Assembly (NCBI GenBank): GCA_963846785.1
Contig: CAWJXD010000014.1
Span: 16,600-80,599 of the forward strand
Direction: 5' to 3'
DNA from: an uncultured Alphaproteobacteria bacterium
GTDB taxonomy: Bacteria > Pseudomonadota > Alphaproteobacteria > Rhizobiales > Aestuariivirgaceae
DNA: 64,000 nt
Part shown: positions 10,736 through 19,266 of the stretch, in pieces
Position numbering within the stretch: position 1 is the first letter of the stretch
How the letters are laid out: every line of letters starts with the position of its first letter
The notes under the pieces: generated by a model
What the model was told of the DNA's origin: nothing
The model's input: the letters and a program-made list of their open reading frames with translations, nothing else
The model's database searches: none
Program-made: the position numbers and the translations under genes

Positions 10736-11268
10736 TGAACAGGACTGCCCGTATAGCGTTGACGGTGGGAGCCTATGTGGCTTTCATCGTGCTGGTGAAC
10801 TTGCTCTTTGTGCCTGAGAACCTCATCGAAGGTATCACGCAGTGGAGCACAAACACGTGGATGGGTACGTTGTATCTTGCCAATGTGATTGTTGGGTTTG
10901 TGTTTGTGTTGCGTGACTACGCGCAACGCGAAATTGGCCACAAGGTTCTCCTGGCGACAGCACTTGCGGGCATTCCGGTTTGGTATTTTGCTGGTCCCGG
11001 CCTCGCCGCCGCGAGCCTGATTGCCTTTGCTCTGTCGGAAATGACAGACTGGGCTGTTTACAGTTTCACCAAACGACCGCTCCAAAACCGCATTCTTCTG
11101 TCGAGCCTGATCGCAGTTCCTGTGGATACGTTGGCATTTCAACATCTCGCCGGATACTTGACCCCTGCGGCCTTCGTCACGGAAGTTGTGAGCAAGGCAA
11201 TCGGCGTGGCGATTGTATGGTATTTGCTGCGGATGCGTTTTGGAAACACACCCGTTGAGGTTCACTAA
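10735..11268 (+). CDS. VUT family (DUF165/YhhQ-like) membrane transporter
   Basis: Hydrophobic; GFVFVLRDYAQREIG, FALSEMTDWAVYS and SSLIAVPVDT motifs; TGATG overlap with ndk. Confidence 0.75.
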   Translation: MNRTARIALTVGAYVAFIVLVNLLFVPENLIEGITQWSTNTWMGTLYLANVIVGFVFVLRDYAQREIGHKVLLATALAGIPVWYFAGPGLAAASLIAFALSEMTDWAVYSFTKRPLQNRILLSSLIAVPVDTLAFQHLAGYLTPAAFVTEVVSKAIGVAIVWYLLRMRFGNTPVEVH

Positions 11269-11846
11269 TGGGCAAAACCCGTCTCGAAGCATTTTCCGAC
11301 GGTGTCCTCGCCATCATCATCACGATCATGGTACTTGAACTGAAGGTGCCCCATGGCGCTGAACTCGAAAATCTTTTCGAGTTGGCTCCTGTCTTCCTGA
11401 GTTATGTCCTGAGTTTTATCTATATCGGTATCTACTGGAACAACCATCACCATCTGCTGCATACGGTGAAGCACGTGAGCGGCAGCATTCTTTGGTCCAA
11501 CTTGCATCTGTTGTTCTGGCTGTCGCTTGTCCCCTTCACGACGGGCTGGATGGGCGAAAATCACTTTGCCCAGTGGCCGGTGTTTCTGTTTGCCTTCAAT
11601 CTTTTTATGGCAGCCGTGGCCTACACCCTTCTCGTCGTCCGCATCAAGGCAGCGCAGGGCAACGAATCCCTTCTCGCTACGGCCATCGGAGCAGATTGGA
11701 AAGGCAAAGTATCAATCGCAACCTATATCGCGTCGATGACCTTGACGTTTTTCTCACCGAAAATCGCCATTGCGCTCACAGCCATTGTGGCCTTGATCTG
11801 GTTCATTCCCGATCGGCGCATCGAAAACGTGCTGAAGCACAGCTAA
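11268..11846 (+). CDS. TMEM175 family (DUF1211) K+ channel
   Basis: RLEAFSDGVLAIIITIMVLELKVP signature and IYWNNHHH; TAATG overlap with the upstream gene. Confidence 0.92.
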   Translation: MGKTRLEAFSDGVLAIIITIMVLELKVPHGAELENLFELAPVFLSYVLSFIYIGIYWNNHHHLLHTVKHVSGSILWSNLHLLFWLSLVPFTTGWMGENHFAQWPVFLFAFNLFMAAVAYTLLVVRIKAAQGNESLLATAIGADWKGKVSIATYIASMTLTFFSPKIAIALTAIVALIWFIPDRRIENVLKHS

Positions 11847-12737
11847 TTTCGAAGAAGAACTCCTTTTCTGGAGATGCTGTGTTCGCGCCATGAAATGTAA
11901 ATAGCGCTTGCAATCAGGATGCTGACACCAAGGAATGTCCAGCTATCCGGAAAGTCGCCAAAGAAATACCAGCCCGCGATGACGGCCATAATCATCTCTG
12001 CATAACCAATGGGCGCCAGCAAAGAGGCCTCGGCATACTGCATGGCTTTGACGGACAGGAAATTGCCAAGCGTCCCGATTGCTGCAAGCAAAACGAACAT
12101 TTGCACGTGGTGCCAACTTGGCGTCTGCCAAAATGAAACCACGGCAATACTGGCGACTGCAGCACCAAACAGGCTTGTGTAGAATGTGTTCGCCATGGCT
12201 CCGCCTTTTCCTGCCAGTTTGCGCGTCAGCAGCAGCGCCAATGCCAGAGGTAACACCTGCGCCAAAAGCAAGGAACATGCCGGGGTTCAGCGCCTGTATG
12301 CCGGGGCGAATGATAATCAGTACACCAACAAACCCCACAGCAACCGCAATCCAGCGACGCAACCCCACGTGCTCACGCAAAAACATGGGTGCAAGGGCCG
12401 TAACACAGAGCGGTTGAATGAAGTAAATGGCAAGTGTTTCTGCAATACCCTGATACCTGAGGGCACCAAAGAACATGAGGGTGCTGACCACAATCAGCGT
12501 ACCCCTGCACACATTGAGAGCGCTTTCAGAGGGAACGAGAGCCGCCATGCCATTTTGCCAAACAAGGATCGGCGCCGTGAGCAGCATGCCGAAAAACAGC
12601 CGTGCCCAAACAATCTCGATCACTGGCACACCTTGTTGTCCAAGAAACTTGGCCACGACATCGAGAAATGGAAAAATAATCATCGCTGCAAGCATCAAGG
12701 CGATGCCAAGCAACGGTCGATGAACGTGTCGTGTCAT
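11843..12737 (-). CDS. DMT/EamA family transporter; one +1 frameshift near 12245
   Basis: EamA pattern split between ORF 11943-12737 (N-half, GLRRWIAVAVGFVGVLIIIRPG) and ORF 11843-12271 (C-half, AEASLLAPIGYAEMI); removing one base gives 297 aa. Confidence 0.82.
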
Positions 12738-15139
12738 GCTCTGAGGCGCAGATTCTCCGGATCCCAGATCGAGTCTGGAATGATCCGTGCACGGCGCATC
12801 TCACCAAACATCATGATGTCGAGGTCCGTGCCAGTTGCAACGAGTTCTGGTGGCACATAGGCGAAAGCGAGCGACTTCATCACCGCATGACCATAAGCAC
12901 CAGATGTCGTGACGCCGACGACCTTGCCGTTGTGATAGACGGGTTCATTTCCGACACAATCAGAATCCGTGTTATCGACTTCGAGATAGACGAGTTTCAT
13001 CCGTTCTCCGCGCTGCTTTCGCGAAAGTGATGCGGTCTTGCCGATGAAGTCAGATTTATCTTCCCGGATAAAGCGGTTCATCGAGGCTTCGTACATATCG
13101 ATTTCTGCCGTGAGTTCCGAACCCCAACCGCGATAGGATTTCTCCATGCGCAATGAGTTCATCGCATATGTTCCAAAAAGCTGCATGCCATGTCCTCGAC
13201 CTGCCTCACGCAGCGCCTCATACACTTGAGGCAAGTGATTCATCGGACAGTGGATTTCCCAGCCCAGCTCACCCACATAGTTGACGCGCAGCAGCCTTAC
13301 ATCAACGCCAACAATTCTTGCATGTCGTCCGGTAAGCCATTTTCCGAGATCATCTTTGCAAATCGTCGCGAGTACATCGCGCGACTTCGGCCCGGCGAGC
13401 ACCAGCACGCCAAAGTCATCTGTGACATCGGAGATGGAAACGTCTTCGCCATTCTTGCGCCACGCCAATTGATCAAAGTCATGAACCTGCGCCACCGCCG
13501 CCGACAATACATAAAAGTGATCCGCCGCCAACCGCGTGACCGTGATTTCACTTTCGATGAAACCGTTGGCATTCAGCAAGTGGCCAAGAATGATACCGCC
13601 GTCTTTCAGCGGAATCTTGTTGGCGCAAATACCGTCCAGGAAAGCATGGGCATCCTTGCCTTTCACATCAAATTTGGAGAATGTCGAAAGATCCATCAGC
13701 CCGACGCGCTCGCGCACGGCGAGACATTCGGACTTCACCGCTTCCCACCAATTCGACCGTTTGAAAGAATAAACTTCGCCTGTGCCGCTTTTGTCGTACC
13801 AGCGCGCCCGCTCCCATCCGAAGATTTGCGCAAACTGCGCGCCCTCGTTTTTCAGCGTGTCGTACAGCGATGACTTGCGAAGTCCGCGACCAACCTGATG
13901 CTGCTCACCCGGTTTGTAACAGTAATACATGTGGTGATAATCGGCGACGGAAACTTCCGTAGTATAGTTCTTGGTAGCCCACGATCCAAACCGGCGCGGA
14001 TCAAACTCGCGCATGTTGATTTCGGCCTGGCCATGCACCATCCACTGCGCCAGATATTTGCCCGCACCACCACCCTGGCAAATGCCAATCGATGCTCCGC
14101 AATGCATCCAGTAATTCTTGGGACCGTGTGCCGGACCAGAGAGATAAACCCCATCTGGCGTATGCGTGATCGCACCTGAGATGATCGACTTCACACCGGT
14201 CTTTCCAAACAGCGGCAATCGCTCCGCTGCTTTTTCCAGCCACGGCATGATGCGGTCGAGCTCATTGGGTTCGAGTTCGCTTTCGTAATCCCAGCGGGGC
14301 GGTTCGCCATTCCAACACACATGCGCCGTTGCAGTTTCATAAGGACCGACAAGTACGCCGTTGGTTTCCTCGCGCAGGTATGCGTGCGAGTAGGGATCAC
14401 GCACCACCGGCAATTCCATCTTGAGGTCGATCAGTTCCTGCAGCGGTTCAGTGATGATGTATTGATGCAGCATGTTTGTGATAGGCACATTATGTCCGGT
14501 CCATGACCCCACAACATCGCAATAAGAACCAGCGGCATTCACCACATGCTCGCAGTCAATATTTCCATTTTCCGTAAACACGCGCCACTCGCCTTTCGGC
14601 AACAGTTTGATGTCGGTGACGCGCGTGCGCCGATAAATCTCGGCACCCAACTGACGCGCGCCCGCCGCCATGGCGTTGGTGATATCAGCGGGAGCGACGT
14701 GCCCGTCCGTCACCGTGCGAAACGCCGCCTTGATGCCGAAAGTCTCAAGGAACGGATGATACTGCTTGATCTCAGACGGCCCAATGATCTCGCCCTCGTA
14801 ACCTGCCAGTTTCGAAATGCCGTAAACATATTTCAGCCAGTTCACTTCCTCGTCGGTGGTGGCCAGGCGTAATCCGCCGCAGCCATGCCACGATACTGCT
14901 TGACCAGTGAGCTTCTCCAGCTTCGGATAAAGTTCGGTGCCGTAAACATGCACCTTCGTCATGTTGAGCGAGCCGTTGAAATGCGGGCATTGCCCCGCGG
15001 CATGCCATGTGGACCCGGACGTCAGCTCGCCTTTTTCAATCAGAACAATATCCGTCCAGCCTTCAAGTGCGAGGTGGTACAACAACCCCACGCCCATCAC
15101 GCCACCACCAACCACCACAACCCGCGCATGCGATTTCAT
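12734..15139 (-). CDS. GcvT-family FAD-dependent oxidoreductase (dimethylglycine/sarcosine dehydrogenase-like)
   Basis: VVVGGGVMG Rossmann motif, ELTSGSTWHAAG, THTPDG, and a C-terminal GcvT domain (DLSTFSKF, NSLRMEKSYRGW). Confidence 0.92.
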   Translation of the reverse strand: MKSHARVVVVGGGVMGVGLLYHLALEGWTDIVLIEKGELTSGSTWHAAGQCPHFNGSLNMTKVHVYGTELYPKLEKLTGQAVSWHGCGGLRLATTDEEVNWLKYVYGISKLAGYEGEIIGPSEIKQYHPFLETFGIKAAFRTVTDGHVAPADITNAMAAGARQLGAEIYRRTRVTDIKLLPKGEWRVFTENGNIDCEHVVNAAGSYCDVVGSWTGHNVPITNMLHQYIITEPLQELIDLKMELPVVRDPYSHAYLREETNGVLVGPYETATAHVCWNGEPPRWDYESELEPNELDRIMPWLEKAAERLPLFGKTGVKSIISGAITHTPDGVYLSGPAHGPKNYWMHCGASIGICQGGGAGKYLAQWMVHGQAEINMREFDPRRFGSWATKNYTTEVSVADYHHMYYCYKPGEQHQVGRGLRKSSLYDTLKNEGAQFAQIFGWERARWYDKSGTGEVYSFKRSNWWEAVKSECLAVRERVGLMDLSTFSKFDVKGKDAHAFLDGICANKIPLKDGGIILGHLLNANGFIESEITVTRLAADHFYVLSAAVAQVHDFDQLAWRKNGEDVSISDVTDDFGVLVLAGPKSRDVLATICKDDLGKWLTGRHARIVGVDVRLLRVNYVGELGWEIHCPMNHLPQVYEALREAGRGHGMQLFGTYAMNSLRMEKSYRGWGSELTAEIDMYEASMNRFIREDKSDFIGKTASLSRKQRGERMKLVYLEVDNTDSDCVGNEPVYHNGKVVGVTTSGAYGHAVMKSLAFAYVPPELVATGTDLDIMMFGEMRRARIIPDSIWDPENLRLRA

Positions 15140-15262
15140 CAGAAAACTCCAATTGCCCGATGTTTCCAACTGTTCGCGGGCGCTGACAAGGTTCAATCCA
15201 TTGGCGAATGGTGAGCCAGATCAACGATATAAGATAAAAATGCCCAAGAAGGAAAATAATGC

Positions 15263-15291
15263 TTGACACCGCACGGTGGGTGTGCTAGATC
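15263..15291 (+). promoter_or_regulatory. Sigma70-type promoter
   Basis: TTGACA (15263-15268), 17-nt spacer, TAGATC (15286-15291). Confidence 0.65.
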
Positions 15292-15339
15292 TGGATACAG
15301 TCGACAGAGGTGGGCGACCACCCGAACGACTTTCAAAAC

Positions 15340-15456
15340 ATGACGAACACGCTCCGCAGCGCTCCCGGTTGGGACATGGCAGGGGTTTCCAGACGATCAA
15401 ATACCCGGTTCAATCGGCAAATCGACGGCTCCTTCGGCTTCGGCGAGATTGCTTGA
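15340..15456 (+). CDS. Candidate 38-aa small or leader ORF (MTNTLRSAPGWDMAGVSRRSNTRFNRQIDGSFGFGEIA)
   Basis: Open frame just after a GNRA-capped hairpin downstream of the 15263 promoter; no clear RBS. Confidence 0.3.
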   Translation: MTNTLRSAPGWDMAGVSRRSNTRFNRQIDGSFGFGEIA

Positions 15457-15481
15457 TTCCGGCGCATATACAGTGTATATC
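15453..15481 (+). promoter_or_regulatory. TA operon promoter with overlapping palindromic operator
   Basis: TTGATT-N17-TATATC; inverted repeat ATATAC-agt-GTATAT at 15466-15480; ATG at 15488 lies at the expected TSS. Confidence 0.65.
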
Positions 15482-15487
15482 ACTTGC

Positions 15488-15811
15488 ATGACGACCCCTC
15501 GAACCAGTAAATTCAAAAAGCCACCTGCAAAGGATCAAACCTTTGTCGCAACGCAAATGCGTTTTGACCGGGCCGGGCTCTCGAAGATCGACCGTGCCGC
15601 CGAGCTGTCCGGCACCACCCGGTCGGAATTCGTGCGCCGCAGCGCGGTGGTGGAAGCCGAAAAAGTTTTGCTCGACCAAGTCTACTTTGGGGTCGATCGC
15701 GCAACGTTCGATTTCTTCTCCGATGTTGCGTCCAAACCGCTATCCGGCGAAGCCTTTGAACGACTGATGCGCGTCAAGTCCCCCTGGGACAAAACCGCAA
15801 TCGGGAAATGA
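15488..15811 (+). CDS. DUF1778 ribbon-helix-helix antitoxin (TacA/AtaR-like)
   Basis: MRFDRAGLSKIDRAAELSGTTRSEFVRRSAVVEAEKVLLDQ; ATGA overlap with the GNAT gene. Confidence 0.9.
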   Translation: MTTPRTSKFKKPPAKDQTFVATQMRFDRAGLSKIDRAAELSGTTRSEFVRRSAVVEAEKVLLDQVYFGVDRATFDFFSDVASKPLSGEAFERLMRVKSPWDKTAIGK

Positions 15812-16281
15812 AACCGCCGGAGCCATTGGCACTCCACCATGGCCTCGACAGTTTTGAAAGCGCGCGCCCCGTACTCAACATCTGGCTGAAAACCCGCGCA
15901 CGTATCAACGAAACTTACGGCGCATCGCGGACGTTCGTCGTATGTGCAGAGAAGGGCCATGATGTGATTGGCTACTACTGCCTGTCACAGGGTGCCATCG
16001 GCCACGAACAAGTCTCATCCAAGTTCCGCCGCAACATGCCCGATCCCATTCCGGTGACTCTGCTCGGGCGGTTGGCAGTGGACCAGCGCTTTGCCGGAAA
16101 GGGCCTCGGTGCCGCCCTCCTGAAAGACGCCGTTCTGCGCGCCAAACACGCCGCCACCATTGTGGCCTCACGCGGCATGATTGTGCATGCGCTGGATGAC
16201 GAGGCGGCTACCTTCTATGCACGGTACGGGTTTGTGGGAGCGCCAAAGATGCCGCTGTTGATGGTGTTGGGGTTTGGGTGA
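15808..16281 (+). CDS. GNAT acetyltransferase toxin (TacT/AtaT-like)
   Basis: LNIWLK, IGYYCL, NMPDPIPVTLLGRLAVD and acetyl-CoA loop AGKGLGAALLKDA; directly downstream of DUF1778. Confidence 0.92.
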   Translation: MKPPEPLALHHGLDSFESARPVLNIWLKTRARINETYGASRTFVVCAEKGHDVIGYYCLSQGAIGHEQVSSKFRRNMPDPIPVTLLGRLAVDQRFAGKGLGAALLKDAVLRAKHAATIVASRGMIVHALDDEAATFYARYGFVGAPKMPLLMVLGFG

Positions 16282-16324
16282 AGCTGCTTACAACTGACTT
16301 CGTAAAAGACAGATGGTGCAAGTC

Positions 16325-16972
16325 TCACTCTGCCGCAATCCTAAGTGCCGCAGAATTATGAGCGTAGGTCTTCCATGTCGGTGCATAGTCTTCGTTGGCT
16401 TGGTTGCCCCAGTAGGTCCAACCCGGCCTTGTGCCGCGCGCAAACAATTCGAGAAAAGGTCCGCGTGAGCAGGCCTCGATAAGGCCATATTGTTCGTCAG
16501 GCTTTCTGGAGTGCTCGCGTTTACGTGTCTCCATCATGTTCACTTGGCGGCGGCCGGGGGCCAGTGTTCTTGCACCTTTACCCCGTGTGCCAAAGAGCAG
16601 GACTTCGGTGACGTTGCGGAAATAGAAGCCAACGCCTCTGCCATCGGAGCCACCGTCTTTGCGGATTTTGTGCCAGATGATGTTGCTTTTGTAGTCAAAG
16701 CCCCAGGCTTTCATCACGGCAAGGCCTTCTGGCAGCAAGGCATTGGGCACCCACATGTATAAATGTGCCGGTTCCTTTGCGACATCGGCCACGGGTAGGG
16801 CGCATATGTCAGCCAGCGTCATGGTCTCGTAGCGGTTTAATCGCTTGTGCTCAGGTGCCATCTTGCCTGTGCGATTGGTGAAGCGCCAAGGCGGATCGGC
16901 CATGATGGTTTGGAATTTTCGCCCGCCGAGCGAGGAGGCAAGATCGATGATTGTTTTATTCAGTTGATCCAT
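16325..16972 (-). CDS. MT-A70 family adenine methyltransferase
   Basis: Catalytic ADPPW, HLYMWVPNALL, WGFDYKSNIIWHK, GFYFRNVTE, HSRKPDE and LELFARG motifs. Confidence 0.93.
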   Translation of the reverse strand: MDQLNKTIIDLASSLGGRKFQTIMADPPWRFTNRTGKMAPEHKRLNRYETMTLADICALPVADVAKEPAHLYMWVPNALLPEGLAVMKAWGFDYKSNIIWHKIRKDGGSDGRGVGFYFRNVTEVLLFGTRGKGARTLAPGRRQVNMMETRKREHSRKPDEQYGLIEACSRGPFLELFARGTRPGWTYWGNQANEDYAPTWKTYAHNSAALRIAAE

Positions 16973-17072
16973 CGTTCACATAAGCCTCTTTGCGGATTGC
17001 AATAACGACAACAGGGCAGCCGCCGCCACCGCCGCCCTCCAGTCTTGGAATGAGTTTGTCCAGGTGGGTGGT
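16956..17072 (-). pseudogene. C-terminal remnant of a BglII/BstYI-family type II restriction endonuclease
   Basis: Translates TTHLDKLIPRLEGGGGGGCPVVVIAIRKEAYVNDGSTE*, the characteristic C-terminus of the REases paired with MT-A70 MTases (recalled); overlaps the MTase start by 17 nt; no N-terminal part present. Confidence 0.75.
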
Positions 17073-17081
17073 CAGCCTGAC

Positions 17082-17231
17082 TTACTTGCCCTTGGCGGGC
17101 TTCTCTTGAGCCTTGGCCAAAGCCTTTAGCTTGGCGTCGAAGGCGGATTCGCTGTCATCAGTTTCAAGTTCTTTGGCCATGGCCTTGAATTTGGCGGCTT
17201 GAGGTTGGTTAGTTAAATGATTAGATTTCAT
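17082..17231 (-). CDS. 49-aa small protein of the type seen beside IS1595 transposases
   Basis: MKSNHLTNQPQAAKFKAMAKELETDDSESAFDAKLKALAKAQEKPAKGK with GAGGG RBS; below the ORF-track cutoff. Confidence 0.6.
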   Translation of the reverse strand: MKSNHLTNQPQAAKFKAMAKELETDDSESAFDAKLKALAKAQEKPAKGK

Positions 17232-17250
17232 TTTGACCCTCTAAAGCGAA

Positions 17251-18035
17251 CTAATGAAGAAAAGAGCTTGCCATTTTTTGGCGAACAGCAACACAATCTC
17301 CATCCATTGAGGCAAGGATAATTTCTGAGTTCATAACCCTCGATAAAGTGCGATCTTTTATTTCTTTGGGTTTGGCCTCTTTCAAAACAAGCATCGAACG
17401 AGTTTCGTCTACATGCTGTTCTTTTTGCTCTCTGTAGAACAACAGAGCTTCCAGTGCTTTAAGTTCGGATGTGCCAGCAAAAATAGCAAGCTTTTTACCG
17501 TCTGGATGTTCAACAATAATGTCAACCACGTAGTCATTCATCGACGCTTGCAATGGTTCGTCAATTCTGATTTTTGCCGATCCCGATTGAGCTTCAACCA
17601 ACTTAGCAACGGCTTCCTTTGACGTCCCAAGCGAAGCCAATGTATTGCTAGAAGCGCCTTGATAAACCACCATCCGGGGTTCATCAGGCTTACGAACGTG
17701 ACCGACTTGCTTACAATTTCTTTCATTGGCAAATAATCGGTATGTAGGAGCATCGCGTTTTCGTCAAATTGAGCGCAATGTTGATCAAGCTGACCGTTCA
17801 ATGCTTCAATGCGGCTATCAGTATCGAAATCAACCCCGTTTGATTCCAGATAAGCTAAAGTTTCACCGTCATCCTCTAACCTAAACAGAGCAGGGAAATT
17901 TGGGTTTCGCGTGATGTAGATTGCTATCGGGTCACCAACTTCTTCAAAGAAAGGTGTGAGTAAAACATAACGAATCGGCACTTCGGCAATATAGAGCTTT
18001 GAACAAAAAGCCTCACAGAAATCTTGCTTATTCAT
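17251..18035 (-). pseudogene. DUF1828-domain protein, split or garbled near 17620-17680
   Basis: N-half (LLTPFFEEVGDPIAIYI, FRLEDDGETLAYLESNGVD) in ORF 17538-18035; C-half (DIIVEHPDGKKLAIFAGTSELKALEA) in ORF 17251-17673. Confidence 0.65.
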
Positions 18036-18490
18036 AGCAAGTCACCTTGAGCTTTAAAACGAAATCTTTCTGCAGCTAATGTGAGAGCTGAAGCGGCGCT
18101 CACCGCAAAATGTTGTATACCATGAACGGCAACGGCTTTTGGCCATCGACGCAAATGAGATCGCGCAGCCCTGATGGAACGGCGATGTGGTCATCCAAAG
18201 TAGATGGCAGTGCCAACCTGGTCTGACGCATGAAACTGTATTGACAATGAACGCGCATATCTGAACCATCTTCAATCCCAAGTGTTGCTCTAAAAATCTG
18301 TTTGTTTTCATTCCGAACAATGAGAACTCGACGAACCTGATCTATGCATTGTATCTTGCAAGCGGCAACTTATCGACTGGGCCAAATTTGCAGCTTTTGA
18401 CCTGATGGCGACAAAGGAAACGACTTGGAGCAAAATGGCCGACTAGCCATGTGCCCTCATCAAGCGTGAGCTTGAAACGGCAAAACCTGC
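18032..18490 (-). pseudogene. Multiply frameshifted upstream partner of the DUF1828 gene
   Basis: Pieces in different frames: RRVLIVRNENKQIFRATLGIEDG, CQY(E)FHASD(P)GWHCH, LAAERFRFKAQGDLL*; its stop overlaps the DUF1828 ATG (ATGA). Confidence 0.5.
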
Positions 18491-18499
18491 CAGTGCAAT

Positions 18500-19110
18500 G
18501 CCCACAGATAATCCAAGGCAAACCACCTGCCACGTAGAACAAGATTGCCCACGGAAGCTGTTGAAGCATCCACGTCCGTTCCACAAATCGATAGAAAGGA
18601 TCGTTGGCTGTTGCCGGCTCAATAACAAAGCGGGGCGGATTCTGGAGGTCCACCACACAGTGCATTTGCCACCACGCGTCCACAAAAAATGAGCGGCGGT
18701 GTGCATAGAAGATCATGGCAATCCGTCTGCCGCTGAGCCCAGTCGCGAATGTCATGTGCAGCGATCATGCCGAAGCCGGCCATTCCAACAAGTGTTCCCA
18801 GATAGACAAGAAGGCGTTCAAGCCACTTTGGCGCAGCGAACGAACGATGGATGAGTAGTCGGTGCATTGCAAGGCGCAATAAGGTGGCAAGAAAACATGA
18901 GGTTTATAAGTGATTAAAAGGTGCGGTGCAGTTGATGGGAGGAGATGAACTTTTGCTGCTCCCACAGAGTGACCAGCGCAGATGGTGATAGCCGTGGTTA
19001 CAAGAAACAAGAGGAAAGCATCCAGCTGAAATGTCAGCAGGCGCACCAACAACAGCTATGATTGACATTGTGAGCACCCAAAAGGACTTGGCAGGAACCC
19101 AAAACAAACA
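18500..19110 (-). pseudogene. Fatty-acid (acyl-CoA) desaturase relic
   Basis: Fragments across frames: WVPAKSFW, ITICAGHSVG / MHRLLIHRSF (His box), HDIRDWAQRQ and FVERTWMLQQLPW; 3' half absent; 92-nt insert at 18868-18959. Confidence 0.7.
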
Positions 19111-19131
19111 TGACCGAGAGAAAGCACAACT

Positions 19132-19188
19132 TACATGATTAAAGGCTTTGGCTTCATTGTAAAAATACGGGTGGCTGAGAATAGACAT
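19132..19188 (-). pseudogene. N-terminal stub of an IS1595-family transposase
   Basis: MSILSHPYFYNEAKAFNHV resembles the MSxLSxPxFxxExxAF start of alphaproteobacterial IS1595 transposases; zinc ribbon and DDE domain are missing. Confidence 0.55.
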
Positions 19189-19266
19189 TGCTTAGCTATC
19201 CGAAATCAATCCGATCAGTGGAGATTGTCGGTTTAGGGTAATAGTGTAAGCCAGGTCAGCACAGGA

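Larger units (their letters stand above)
17076..19255 (-). mobile_element. Decayed IS1595-like element with passenger genes
   Basis: Transposase-like N-terminus at 19188; IS1595-associated small ORF at 17082-17231; imperfect 10-bp terminal IRs CCTGACTTAC (17076) and GTAAGCCAGG (19246-19255); visibly AT-richer interior. Confidence 0.5.

Noticed and set aside
15140-15260. Possible glycine riboswitch upstream of the GcvT-family gene
   Set aside because: No GGAGA...CCGAAG aptamer core on the minus strand
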